From assembly GCF_000015145.1 (NCBI RefSeq), contig NC_008818.1, positions 1,080,001 to 1,112,000 on the forward strand: a stretch of 32,000 nucleotides of DNA, written 5' to 3'. A program made the translations under genes and the position numbers. Under the pieces are notes generated by a model. It was not told the origin of the DNA. It did no database searches and saw only the letters and a list, made by a program, of their open reading frames with translations. This DNA is from Hyperthermus butylicus DSM 5456 (GTDB taxonomy: Archaea; Thermoproteota; Thermoprotei_A; Sulfolobales; Pyrodictiaceae). The first letter of the stretch is position 1. Every line of letters begins with the position of its first letter. Shown in pieces: positions 1 to 8,697 of this stretch.

Positions 1-453
1 AAGCCAGGCCAGGGCTGCACCACCCGCCAAAGCGTAGGACGCCGATACCAGGAGAAGGCTGAGACCAACACTACCCCCGTCAACCCGGTTCGAGGCGAGA
101 AACGCTGTTAGGGAGGACACGGCAGTCACACCAACAACTGCCAACACGGCGGTCTCAACACTAAGCCATAGCCCCATAAACACAGCCAACACATAGGCTG
201 GAGCACTCAGCGCCATACAAGCAAGGCATAGCTTGACCACGAAGCTGCTTACCCGCACAGCGCCAGAAGCGACATAAGCTACAGCTACAGCGTGGGGAAA
301 GAGCATCAACACACCAAACAACATGAGGTACATATGGACGTGAACCTGGCCTAAAACCAGCAACAACAACCCCGCAACGAGGTAGACAAGACTGGCCACA
401 ACACCGATACGGGTGCACGTCTTCACAACAACGGTGGTTATGGCTGAAGGCAT
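1..453 (-). CDS. Integral membrane protein of unknown function, truncated by the window start
   Basis: Manual reverse translation from ATG at 453 gives an uninterrupted frame to base 1: MPSAITTVVVKTCTRIGVVASLVYLVAGLLLVLGQVHVHMYLMLFGVLMLFPHAVAVAYVASGAVRVSSFVVKLCLACMALSAPAYVLAVFMGLWLSVETAVLAVVGVTAVSSLTAFLASN... with several hydrophobic helices. The frame is absent from the ORF track because it has no stop inside the window. Confidence 0.7.
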   Translation of the reverse strand, partial: MPSAITTVVVKTCTRIGVVASLVYLVAGLLLLVLGQVHVHMYLMLFGVLMLFPHAVAVAYVASGAVRVSSFVVKLCLACMALSAPAYVLAVFMGLWLSVETAVLAVVGVTAVSSLTAFLASNRVDGGSVGLSLLLVSASYALAGGAALAWL

Positions 454-958
454 TCTCTCTAGGCCGGGCACCGGGACTGCAGCCTAGAGGATAAGTCTAG
501 TTGGCCGCACAAGACAGGCTGGGCTATGACTGTAACAGTCTAAGCTCACCCCCACACTTAGCCAGGTCTACCCCGGCTACATAACCCTGGAGCAAGGAAC
601 CGTCGGTACCTGCAAGCACCCCAACCTATTGTCGGTCATCCTGCCTGGAGCACCAATAACTGTACGGGGCATCCTATTATGCGCTGGGTCTGCAAGGTAG
701 CCTAGGAGGTGTAGCGTCTCCCCAAGCTCTAGACCCCGCTTCCCCGCAGCTCTACGGGGTTCCAGGATGAAGCCCAGCTGGTACATCGTGCAGTCTGGTT
801 GTTCTCCTCACACGAGCAAAATGTAGGCTAATGCTACAAAACATGAAGACCCAGATCCAGATATGGTATGTGACGACACATAATGTGTGTCGGGGCGTTT
901 TGCGGGCTAGTTTTATGTGTTAGTTGTTGCATATTAAATAGTCTTGGGTGGGTTGTCT

Positions 959-1303
959 GTGCCTACTGTTTCGATAAAAGTTATACCTATTGGTGTTGGG
1001 CCAAGTCTCTCCAGGTATATTGCTCGGGTTGTTGCACTGCTTGAGGCTAAGGGGTATAAGCCCCTGGTGACTCCCGATACGACTGTTATCCAGGTCAATG
1101 ATGTTAGTGAGATCGGGCCCCTGGTCAGGATGATCCATGACGAGCTTTACAGCATGGGTGTAGCTAGGGTGCTTACCATTATTATGATTGATGAGAGGAG
1201 GGATGTTGCTGAGGCTCCGCCTCAGGCTGCTGTTGAGAAGGTGCTTGCCCGGCTGCAGGAGGAGCGTAAGAAGTTTACGCGCGACGTGCACGGCGTGATC
1301 TAG
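959..1303 (+). CDS. MTH1187 / UPF0045 family thiamine-binding-like protein
   Basis: The protein MPTVSIKVIPIGVGPSLSRYIARVVALLEAKGYKPLVTPDTTVIQ...VARVLTIIMIDERRD has the family pattern (VxVIPIGxG...S.YvA; vxttikIDdRRD). The ORF is open from 944, but GTG at 959 fits conservation and TATA spacing better. Confidence 0.82.
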   Translation: MPTVSIKVIPIGVGPSLSRYIARVVALLEAKGYKPLVTPDTTVIQVNDVSEIGPLVRMIHDELYSMGVARVLTIIMIDERRDVAEAPPQAAVEKVLARLQEERKKFTRDVHGVI

Positions 1304-2352
1304 TGTTTTGTCTTGGGGAGCAGGTAGTAGGTGTTATTGTACTGCAGTAGCCTAGCCTCACCTCCGATCTCTATCCTACCCTCTATCTTTACCCTTGACC
1401 TTGGGAGTTCCTCGTAGTTGTATGCTCCGTCAAGATACTGTATGTGTATCCAGCCGAGCTCCACGGCTGCTACTATGACGGGGTGTTCTTCTATATCTGG
1501 CTTTTTCAGCTTCTTCCATGCCTCTTCCACTGTTAGCCGGTGCTGGCGTCGGGTGCCGAGCCTGCGTATGTGTACATAGCCGTTTGCTATGCGCTCCACT
1601 ATTGCTAGTGATCCGTTGTAATCTACGAGGCTTCCCTCCCTGAAGAATGGGAGCCGTACGGATAGCGTGAGCCGCGAGAATCGTTTGCCGTCGCTCCTCC
1701 TGCCGACGACCTTGTGGCTCTCCTTGACCATTGCTGCCATCTGGCTCCTCATCTTTGCCGCTAGGTGCCTTGCAAGGTTTGCATCCAACATCTTATAGTC
1801 TATACCCTCCCTCAGCTCCTCAACAGAGATTATCGCGTCTACCACACCTGGCATTGTCTGCACCATGTCCTCTACCGCTACTCGGTCCTCCTCGCTTAGT
1901 CTTCCATCGTAGCCTCGTATCTGGACTATTGCCGCTGGCGTCCCAGCCGCACGCTGGAAGCACGCTGGGCACAGCTGCTTCTTCGTCTCGAGAGCTACAG
2001 TATATGTTACCCGATGCTCCCCTTGTATGCCGCGCAGCTTGCCGGTGACGACTAATATTGCCCGCTCGTTCTCATAGTCTACCTCAACGCTCTCGACGCG
2101 GTAGTACTCGACGTGCTCTGCCGGCTTGAAACTGGCCTGAGCTATGAGCAACACCACGTCCTCTATGCCGCCGTCGCCCGGCGGGGGGTACCAGCGGCCC
2201 TGGAACCGGTAGCTGCCACAGCGGGGGCAAATGGTTACTACTAGCTTCTGAGGCAGCCTGCCGAGACCGTATAGCTCCAGGTAACAGTCAGGACAGAGCC
2301 TTCCATCAACCAGTACCGCTACGTCGCGGCCACAGCGTATACACATAGGCAC
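1300..2352 (-). CDS. NMD3 family protein (archaeal homologue of the 60S export adaptor)
   Basis: N-terminal zinc-ribbon CIRCGRDVAVLVDGRLCPDCYLELYG, second CPRCGSYRFQGRWYPP, CPACFQRAAG, then a long conserved NMD3-like body. Confidence 0.88.
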   Translation of the reverse strand: MPMCIRCGRDVAVLVDGRLCPDCYLELYGLGRLPQKLVVTICPRCGSYRFQGRWYPPPGDGGIEDVVLLIAQASFKPAEHVEYYRVESVEVDYENERAILVVTGKLRGIQGEHRVTYTVALETKKQLCPACFQRAAGTPAAIVQIRGYDGRLSEEDRVAVEDMVQTMPGVVDAIISVEELREGIDYKMLDANLARHLAAKMRSQMAAMVKESHKVVGRRSDGKRFSRLTLSVRLPFFREGSLVDYNGSLAIVERIANGYVHIRRLGTRRQHRLTVEEAWKKLKKPDIEEHPVIVAAVELGWIHIQYLDGAYNYEELPRSRVKIEGRIEIGGEARLLQYNNTYYLLPKTKH

Positions 2353-2441
2353 TGCTCGGCGCCACCCGCCGGTGAAGGCTCTAGCCGAAGGGGGCGTATC
2401 TAGGCTACTCCTATCAAGGGCTCCCCGGGCCTTCCTAGGGT

Positions 2442-4004
2442 TTGGCGGGTGTCTGGGTGTTGTCTTGCCCTGTACTTGTTACTGCTAGGAGGATCTATGT
2501 AGGGTTTAAGCCTACGAGGCTTGTGGAGGCTATTGTCGCGGTTAACGGGCTCGTAGTCTACGCGGGGTCTAGGAACGATGCCGAACGGATTGCGCGTGGG
2601 CTCGCTGTGGCTGTTGGATGTAGCCGTCCACGGGTGCTAGAGTTCACTGACTCGTACGCGCTGCCGGGCTTCGTTGATGCTCATTTGCACTTGCGAGGCG
2701 TGGGGGCTAAGCTCTATGGTATCGACCTCTCCGATGTGAGGAGCATTGAGGAGTTCAAGGCTGTTGTTGCAAGGGAGGTTGCGCGGTTTGAGTCATGGAT
2801 TATTGGACGTGGCTGGGACCAGGAGAGAATGGGGGCATGGCCCACCCGCTATGACCTGGACGAGGTTGTACCAGATAAACCCGTCGTGCTGATGAGGATT
2901 TGTGGCCACGCAGCCGTGCTCAACACTGTTGCCCTCAAGGAGCTTGGGTTCCTCGGGCGGAGGAGCCCGGACATCGACGTTGGCTGCGACGGTGAGCCTA
3001 CAGGCCTAGTCTTCGAGAAGGCTGCTGAGGAGGCCTATAGGGAGGCTGTACGTAAGCTCGACCAGGTTAAGCTGATACTTGAGGCTGCGAGGCACGTGTT
3101 GTCCTACGGGGTTACCCTTGTCGGTGATATGGGTGTTGACAGCGAGGAGATTTACGGGCTTGTGAGGGCTAGGTTTATGGGCTTGCTGCCGCTGCGTGTC
3201 CGCATCTATCTCTCCCAGAGCCTCTTCGAGCAACTGGAGCGGGCTGGTGTTATCCCAATTTTTGGCGATACGTTTCTCGCTGTGAAGGGCGTCAAGATGT
3301 TTATGGATGGGAGCCTAGGCGCTAGGACTGCTTGGCTAAGGGAGCCCTATAGCGATGCATCGGAGACCAGGGGTAGGAGCCTAGCAGGCTGGAGGGACGT
3401 CGCGAGGCTCGCGGAGGCTGCGAAGCGGTGGGGCGCCGATGTAGCAGTCCACGCTATAGGTGATGCGGCTCTCGCGGAGGCTCTCCATGGCATGGAGGCT
3501 GCCAGGTGTCGCTGTAGGATAGAGCATGCGAGTCTCGCGCCTCCAGACCTGCTGAGTGTTGCTGCAAGGCTGGGGGTTAGGATTGCTGTTCAGCCACGGT
3601 TCCTAGTTAGTGACACATGGGCGGCAGACCGGCTTGGTGTTGAGAGGGTTCGATGGCTCTACCCGTTCAAGACAATGATATCCATGGGTATACAAGTGGG
3701 CTTCTCTAGCGACGCGCCTGTAGAGCCCGTGAACCCGTTCGAAGGCATCTACGCCGCGGCTACCCGCGGCGCGGTAGCAGGCTATACCCGGGATGAGGCG
3801 TTGGATGTGGAGACTGGACTCCACCTCTACACAGCTGGCTCCGCCGCGATACTTGGCGACCGGAGGGCGGGTTGCCTCGAGCCGGGCTGCTACGCGGACA
3901 TAGCCGTGGTCGACCATGACCCGTTGGAGGTTAGTGTCGAGGAGCTACCGGGGATAAGGTTCGAAGCGAGTATTGTTGGCGGGGAGCTTGTGTGGAGCCG
4001 GTAA
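2442..4004 (+). CDS. Amidohydrolase family protein (YtcJ-like)
   Basis: Contains ALPGFVDAHLHLRGVGAKLYGIDL, GRGWDQERMG, DGSLGARTAWL, HAIGDAAL, IEHA and SSDAPVEPVNPFEGIYAA, which are YtcJ-type amidohydrolase signatures. The true start may be slightly downstream. Confidence 0.9.
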   Translation: MAGVWVLSCPVLVTARRIYVGFKPTRLVEAIVAVNGLVVYAGSRNDAERIARGLAVAVGCSRPRVLEFTDSYALPGFVDAHLHLRGVGAKLYGIDLSDVRSIEEFKAVVAREVARFESWIIGRGWDQERMGAWPTRYDLDEVVPDKPVVLMRICGHAAVLNTVALKELGFLGRRSPDIDVGCDGEPTGLVFEKAAEEAYREAVRKLDQVKLILEAARHVLSYGVTLVGDMGVDSEEIYGLVRARFMGLLPLRVRIYLSQSLFEQLERAGVIPIFGDTFLAVKGVKMFMDGSLGARTAWLREPYSDASETRGRSLAGWRDVARLAEAAKRWGADVAVHAIGDAALAEALHGMEAARCRCRIEHASLAPPDLLSVAARLGVRIAVQPRFLVSDTWAADRLGVERVRWLYPFKTMISMGIQVGFSSDAPVEPVNPFEGIYAAATRGAVAGYTRDEALDVETGLHLYTAGSAAILGDRRAGCLEPGCYADIAVVDHDPLEVSVEELPGIRFEASIVGGELVWSR

Positions 4005-4903
4005 CGGCGTGCCACCAGCAGGCATATGCTTGCGCCGAAGCCGTTGTCATTGATGCTGCTGTGACACGACCAGGGCTCACTAGCTTCTCTAGGCCGCGGA
4101 GCGACCTCGATCCGCTAGCATTCGCTGCCCTGGCGCCGAGAGCTTATGAGGCCTGTCTCTGTAGCTGCCTGAGGAGCACTGCGAAAGACCATACCGGCTG
4201 GCTTGGCTGCTGGCTAGACGCCATAGAGTCTCTCACCGCTGCCGAGTGGGGCAACCCCGGAATGGGCATGCTGTTCCTCTTGTCGCTACAAGCCGCCGCG
4301 CTCGGCTACACGGTGGAGAAGCTTGGCAGCGACGACGACATGCATGTTATGGGGGCCGCCCAGCTCCTCGTAGAACAGGCAGGGGTAGAGGGTGCCAAGG
4401 CTTTCTACAGGGCGCTGCAACTCGTAGCGCCAAGTTACCTTGGTAGGTTATCGTGGAACGGGCTACCAGACGCCACAACGGGAAGACTTGCACTGGCAGA
4501 GCTGTGGGAGAAGCAGGTCACACTACGCGAACTGCTTGCCGCCGCCTCTCTCTATGACCCCGTAGCCCGCGATGCCGCTACTGGTTTCTCGCTCAGCTTC
4601 GGCGAGATCATACCACTACTACTAGAGCACGCTGATGACCTAGCAACGGGTGTTAGGAGGGCCACGTACTATATTGCCGGGTTCCACGGCGACTTCCTCC
4701 TGAGAAGAAAACGTGGGGGCTTCCTCGGAGAGCTGTGGCGCCGCGCATACATGGGTGACCAGGCTGCCGAGGAGGAGCTGTACCGACTGCTAGAGGGGGC
4801 AGCGGGGCCAGGCTCCTCGGCCGACGTGGTAGCTAATGCTGTGGCAAGGCTCCTCTACCTCGCCGAGGCTGGGAGGATTACTGTCCGCCTCTACCCGCCC
4901 TAG
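3992..4903 (+). CDS. Divergent CitG/MdcB-like (triphosphoribosyl-dephospho-CoA synthase family) protein
   Basis: All-helical protein with family-like blocks in order: VTRPGLTSFSRPRSDLDPLAF, WGNPGMGMLFLLSLQAAALG (the NxGxxLLLxPLxxA position), GLPDATTG, and GFHGDFLLRRKRGG (the DThixRKhG position). Confidence 0.6.
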   Translation: MEPVTACHQQAYACAEAVVIDAAVTRPGLTSFSRPRSDLDPLAFAALAPRAYEACLCSCLRSTAKDHTGWLGCWLDAIESLTAAEWGNPGMGMLFLLSLQAAALGYTVEKLGSDDDMHVMGAAQLLVEQAGVEGAKAFYRALQLVAPSYLGRLSWNGLPDATTGRLALAELWEKQVTLRELLAAASLYDPVARDAATGFSLSFGEIIPLLLEHADDLATGVRRATYYIAGFHGDFLLRRKRGGFLGELWRRAYMGDQAAEEELYRLLEGAAGPGSSADVVANAVARLLYLAEAGRITVRLYPP

Positions 4904-5177
4904 ATATACGGCCCTTAGTTGCCGCAAGGGCTACTAAGTAGACGGCCCTAGCCATTGACTCCACGAGCACCTTAGAGGCCTCCTCCAACTCCTCTACGTC
5001 TCTCCTAGCCTTAGCCTTGTTTACCCATTCGAGGTAGCTCCTTAGCCTCGGCTCAACTAGCGTGAGCAGCGGCAGGGGACCCACACGCTTCTCAGCCTCC
5101 TCCGCCGCGTCACGCAGCCGACCATCTTGCTCAGCAGCCCTTAGAGCCATTACACCCATGTAGCTTCCCGCAAGCAT
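4878..5177 (-). CDS. Small helical hypothetical protein overlapping the helicase 3' end
   Basis: The 99-aa ORF overlaps the upstream helicase stop by 28 nt, typical of translational coupling. It has no recognised domain. Confidence 0.5.
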   Translation of the reverse strand: MLAGSYMGVMALRAAEQDGRLRDAAEEAEKRVGPLPLLTLVEPRLRSYLEWVNKAKARRDVEELEEASKVLVESMARAVYLVALAATKGRISRAGRGGQ

Positions 5178-7969
5178 TCTATGAGGAGGTCGCGCTGCTC
5201 CCTACCATAGTAGTATATCGTCATGCCCTGAGAAAGGGCACGGTCAATGTGGGCTAGTACTCGGTGAGCTATCTCCGACGCCGAATCGAGCGAAACCCTG
5301 CCCTTGATAACGTCTATTCGGGGTTCCTCGCCATCAAAGCTAGCCACAGCAGCCACAACAGCTGAGCCAGCACTGGAGTCTATGGTTTCGTATACGGCTG
5401 CTATACTGGTTATCCCGTGGCTCCTACTCGGCCTCGGGTACTCGACCACAACCTCGCCGGCACGTAGCACTTCGCTTCCAGCAATAACCCTTGCAACCTG
5501 GGCTGCCAGCCTCTTCGCGCTCTCGAGGCTTACCTCGCCACGCATAATCCTCAGCGCAGACACAGGGTCAACAGCAGCTATGAGGGGGAGCGCTATGCCG
5601 GGCAGCTCGTATCTCTCAACATTCTCAGCCACCTCCAGCCAGTCAAGCTTGTCAAGAAGCCCTGCCGCCTCCCTCTCCCAGAGGTGTACGAGTTTGATAG
5701 GTCCAGCTGACACGACGCGGTAGCGGAGGAGGCCTAGGGGTATCGAGTAGCGCTCGTCGAGCCGGAGGTAGACTATGAGTAGGGCTAGTCCGAGCCTCAA
5801 GTCCTCGGCCCGGAGGGTGCCCGGTGCCTCGAAGACGTAGCCATAGGTGTAGTCGCGGTAGCGGCCAGCCACCGGCGCGTTAAGCTCTATACTTGCAACC
5901 TCATGGTAGACCCTCACACCATTAGGTGTCCTCGACAGCCTCGGCCTTGCACTCTCAACGAGCCACTCGACCTCGATAGGCTCCTCTACAAGCTCACCAA
6001 AGCCAGACGTTGGTGCCGAAACATTGAGCACTATGGCTGCTGTAACTCTGCCATAGCGGATGTCATCAGCTAGCCTTGGTGCCTCGCCCCATGCCTTTTT
6101 AATATCCTCGTACCTAGCTGCCGCCCTCGCCAACCACTCGTGGCCAGCTACTGCATCCTCAACGGGCTCCTCGTAGACACGGTACTCCCGCGGCTCGACA
6201 CGCACCACTAGAGCCTCCGTCATTGGGTCGAAGGCTCCCGGCTGATACTTCTCCACAACATCGCGGAGCGATGCTTCCTCGCCGCGGAGTACTATTTCGC
6301 GGTCGCCACGCACGAGTACCTTCCGATACCCATACGGTGGGCCGTGCTCGTAGAAGCCTATGTCGTTCCAAAACGCCTTACCCCTCTTGCTCAGCGTTAG
6401 CCTCCGCTCGCCGAGCGCAGTAGTGTACTCCTCTACGAAACCGAATTTACGAAGAAGCTTCTCTTCATCACTGCTCAGCTCTAGACCGCGGAGAAGCCTC
6501 CACATAGCCTTGAATATCGTAGCGTAGGCGTTTGACGGGTTTATGTATAGCTTCTCGAGGGGCAAGCCAAGCCACTCGCGTAGCGCACTACTACCGGTCT
6601 CGAGGAGCTTTCTATCCCAGAGACCGGAGGGAATAACTATGGACTCCGTTACGCCTAGTTCTTTCCGGCGGCCCTTGCGGCCCTCCCTCTGCATGTACTC
6701 TCTCAGGTCGGCAGGAAGCCCTACATGTACGACCCGGTACACCGTACCTATGTCTATTCCCTGGGCTAGCGTCCTCACAGTAATTATCAGCGCTACCCGG
6801 CCCTCCCTCGCCGCCGCCTCCAGCTGTTCGCGTTTCTCCTTCGACACGAGGTGATGGTGTATGCCGACTAGGCCACGCTTCCCGGGGGGAAGCCTTTCAA
6901 GAAGGCTCCGGTAGAGCCTCTCAGCCATCCGGATACTCCTGGTGAACACCAGGGTAACCCTGCCTGGCTCAGAGGCATCCAACACGGCCTGGAGGATCTC
7001 CACTGGGTCCATGCCGGGCCTGGGCGGTCTAAGCCCTATGGCTTCCAGAGCCTCGTATATCTCGTACATGTGCTCCCTAAACTCTTCGTCGTCCCCCACA
7101 ATGTCTAGTATCCATGGAGCCCTAGAGGCTATGACTGACGCGTAAGCCCTCACATAGTCCCGTAGCGCCTCGAACCCCTTACCTAGGACTATTATGGTCC
7201 TATTCCGTGTCTTGAACGGCTTACCCTCTATGATGCTTGTATCCCTACCCGTAATGTCCGTGAGGAGTTTCGCCAACTCGCCAGGGTTGCCTAGGGTAGC
7301 TGAGAGCACTACTACTCGGGGAGACTTGGAAGCTAAGTGCTTTGAGACCAGCTCCACTATCGCTAGGAGGAGATGAGCACCGCGGGGCCCATAGAAGTCT
7401 AGCTCGTCGAAAACCATGAGGTCTACCGACGTAAGGAAGTCCTCTAGGAGGGCGCGGTTAGGGTGCATAGCTAGCCTCTTCATCTCCGCGAGGAGGAATG
7501 CTGGGTTTGTAACTACAACCATAGCCTTGGAGAGCTGGCGTAGCAGCTCGTCGCCGCGTCGCCCCCGCTTCTCGATACTAGGCCTATCAATACGCACTAC
7601 CGCATCCCGGTAGCCGGCGGCGCGATAGTATTCTTCGAGCCTCCTTATCTGGTCAGCTGCAAGTGCCAGGGTAGGGTAGACGGCGAGCACTCTCCAGCCG
7701 TGGCGGAGGGCTGCGAGAGCCCACGCCTCCGTTTTTCCGGAACCCGTGCGTGCCGTTAGTATTACGTTCCTACCCTGCTCGAGAGCCTCTATGGCCTCTA
7801 GCTGGTGGCGGTAGAGTTTCAGCCTGGCCTTTTCATGACCGGAGAGTCGCGGGACTATATCCGAGAAAGTCTTGTCGGACTGCTCGGGCTCCTCGGGAGG
7901 CTCCTCCCACACGAGAACCTCGTAGCCCAGGCTCCTTAGCAGCGATGCAATCCTTCCATGCCTTGCCAA
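5150..7969 (-). CDS. Large DEAD/DEAH-box superfamily 2 helicase (YprA/MrfA- or Lhr-like)
   Basis: Walker A TARTGSGKTEAW, motif II DELD, motif III VLSATLGNP, VTLVFTRSIRMAERL, VRTLAQGIDIG, motif VI YMQREGRKGRR. Followed by a winged-helix-like segment and a long C-terminal extension of about 280 aa. Confidence 0.88.
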   Translation of the reverse strand: MARHGRIASLLRSLGYEVLVWEEPPEEPEQSDKTFSDIVPRLSGHEKARLKLYRHQLEAIEALEQGRNVILTARTGSGKTEAWALAALRHGWRVLAVYPTLALAADQIRRLEEYYRAAGYRDAVVRIDRPSIEKRGRRGDELLRQLSKAMVVVTNPAFLLAEMKRLAMHPNRALLEDFLTSVDLMVFDELDFYGPRGAHLLLAIVELVSKHLASKSPRVVVLSATLGNPGELAKLLTDITGRDTSIIEGKPFKTRNRTIIVLGKGFEALRDYVRAYASVIASRAPWILDIVGDDEEFREHMYEIYEALEAIGLRPPRPGMDPVEILQAVLDASEPGRVTLVFTRSIRMAERLYRSLLERLPPGKRGLVGIHHHLVSKEKREQLEAAAREGRVALIITVRTLAQGIDIGTVYRVVHVGLPADLREYMQREGRKGRRKELGVTESIVIPSGLWDRKLLETGSSALREWLGLPLEKLYINPSNAYATIFKAMWRLLRGLELSSDEEKLLRKFGFVEEYTTALGERRLTLSKRGKAFWNDIGFYEHGPPYGYRKVLVRGDREIVLRGEEASLRDVVEKYQPGAFDPMTEALVVRVEPREYRVYEEPVEDAVAGHEWLARAAARYEDIKKAWGEAPRLADDIRYGRVTAAIVLNVSAPTSGFGELVEEPIEVEWLVESARPRLSRTPNGVRVYHEVASIELNAPVAGRYRDYTYGYVFEAPGTLRAEDLRLGLALLIVYLRLDERYSIPLGLLRYRVVSAGPIKLVHLWEREAAGLLDKLDWLEVAENVERYELPGIALPLIAAVDPVSALRIMRGEVSLESAKRLAAQVARVIAGSEVLRAGEVVVEYPRPSRSHGITSIAAVYETIDSSAGSAVVAAVASFDGEEPRIDVIKGRVSLDSASEIAHRVLAHIDRALSQGMTIYYYGREQRDLLIECLREATWV

Positions 7970-8119
7970 GGCCTACTTCATGCCCCTAGGCTCTCCTAGG
8001 CTTGAATACCATATGAACCCTACCCGTGCGAAAACCCGTGGCCAAAGGAGGGTCTAGGACAACAGGCCAGGCCGCCACCCGTGTATAGTGTTGCGTTGGC
8101 ATGTGAGGCTCCCGGATGC

Positions 8120-8557
8120 CTACTTCTCCACAGGTAACTTGACCGTGTAGGTGCTGCCATCACAGTACTGTATGACTATTGTGAGCATGTCTGGTAGTAC
8201 AGGCCTTGATATCAGCGTTATGGGTATTGGCTCAACGGTCTCGCTTATACCCGTCAGTGTTAGCCATCCCTCCATCCCGGCTGGAGCCGATATATAGACC
8301 TTGACTGGAAGCTTCATGTCCTGGAAGTATAGGCTGCAGATTCTCGCCTCGCCGCTACCTTCAACCCTTACGTGGAGGTAGATCTCGAGCGTGAAGGGAA
8401 CCTCGGACTTTACCCTTGCAAAGCTGGTATCAGCCATGACTATTATGTATGCCTTCTCCGTCGCCTGCTGGTGAAGGAGAACATTCGAGTATAGTAGAGG
8501 TATGAAGCTTATCAGTATAGCTGCAGCCAGCGCCAACACTATAGTCTTCATCCTCAT
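8120..8557 (-). CDS. Hypothetical secreted or membrane-anchored protein
   Basis: N-terminal hydrophobic segment MRMKTIVLALAAAILISFIPLLYS followed by a beta-rich ectodomain (VPFTLEIYLHVRVEGSGEARICSLYF). Confidence 0.65.
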   Translation of the reverse strand: MRMKTIVLALAAAILISFIPLLYSNVLLHQQATEKAYIIVMADTSFARVKSEVPFTLEIYLHVRVEGSGEARICSLYFQDMKLPVKVYISAPAGMEGWLTLTGISETVEPIPITLISRPVLPDMLTIVIQYCDGSTYTVKLPVEK

Positions 8558-8697
8558 AGTTTCTCACCGCGTGGTTCACGCGTAGTATTGGGCCCAGCTA
8601 CTCTCTCATAGATTGATTGGGAGCTTTCATCCACTTATAAGCGGAGCTGCTTTAATCCTAACCCTGCCCTAGCGCTGGAGCTGCTGGTGGCTTGTTG

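Noticed and set aside
80-100. CCCGGTTCGAGGCGAG, resembling a tRNA T-arm
   Set aside because: No complementary arm, acceptor stem or anticodon arm could be found; the stretch is coding in the minus-strand membrane protein frame.
3006-3233. Antisense ORF (75 aa) within the amidohydrolase gene
   Set aside because: Entirely opposite a well-supported CDS; composition is a by-product of GC-rich codon bias.
5304-7989. Multiple plus-strand ORFs (5304..5723, 6159..6371, 6543..6854, 7750..7989 and others) opposite the helicase
   Set aside because: The helicase is strongly supported by motifs along its length. The antisense frames are low-complexity S/T/R/P-rich and show no domain.
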